A stretch of DNA of 64,000 nucleotides from Squalus acanthias (Eukaryota): positions 20,896,001 through 20,960,000 of the forward strand of contig CM059432.1 of assembly GCA_030390025.1 (NCBI GenBank), in the 5' to 3' direction. The notes beneath the pieces are model-generated. The model was not told the DNA's origin. It ran no database searches and saw only the letters and a list, made by a program, of their open reading frames with translations. Position 1 is the stretch's first letter, and each line of letters starts with the position of its first letter. Positions 63,686-64,000 of this stretch are shown piece after piece. Position numbers and translations under genes: made by a program.

Positions 63686-64000
63686 AATGAGTCGATCTTC
63701 CTTGGTGTTGCACACAGGAAGTCAATGCCAAATATAGTCTTCAGAAGTCAAGACCAAATGCAGCCTTGAGGTGAAGCAGGGTTAGAGGGTGGGGGATAAT
63801 TGGACCAGAGCCTGCAGACATAATTCAGTAACTATTTTAAAGTCATATATTCCATCCTTATTTTTATATTTCCGTTTAAAAATTCCTGTATGCATATATA
63901 ATGAGGCTCCATATGTAAACTGAGAACCAACATTGAAAATAATGCAAACTATAACACCAGCGTTGATTAATTTAGGAACAAATTAGGAATTGGTAAAGAC

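Overview
Eukaryotic (vertebrate) genomic DNA. The repeat content (Deu-type SINEs, CR1 LINEs, Penelope-like elements, many Harbinger elements) points to a cartilaginous fish, most likely a shark; this is inference. The window lies inside one + strand gene, ADGRB1 (BAI1, an adhesion GPCR). Seven phase-consistent GT-AG coding exons (1150-36241) encode most of the GAIN domain. The next exon (containing the GPS) was not found in the remaining ~27.7 kb. The introns are filled with mobile DNA: CR1 and L2 LINE fragments, tRNA-headed SINEs, PIF/Harbinger elements and MITEs with 3-bp TSDs, hAT MITEs, and a Neptune-like Penelope element (RT + GIY-YIG). Highlights: (i) several minimal hammerhead-ribozyme motifs, found at the Penelope 3' end, in a TSD-flanked ~210-bp tandem-ribozyme element, and in a 105-bp near-perfect palindrome with a hammerhead on each strand; (ii) an APE-RT LINE that starts with a tRNA-like Pol III head, with short elements sharing both its head and tail; (iii) Harbinger derivatives carrying only the Myb gene, and MITEs with a conserved triple-hairpin end. 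All identifications were made by eye, with no database searches.
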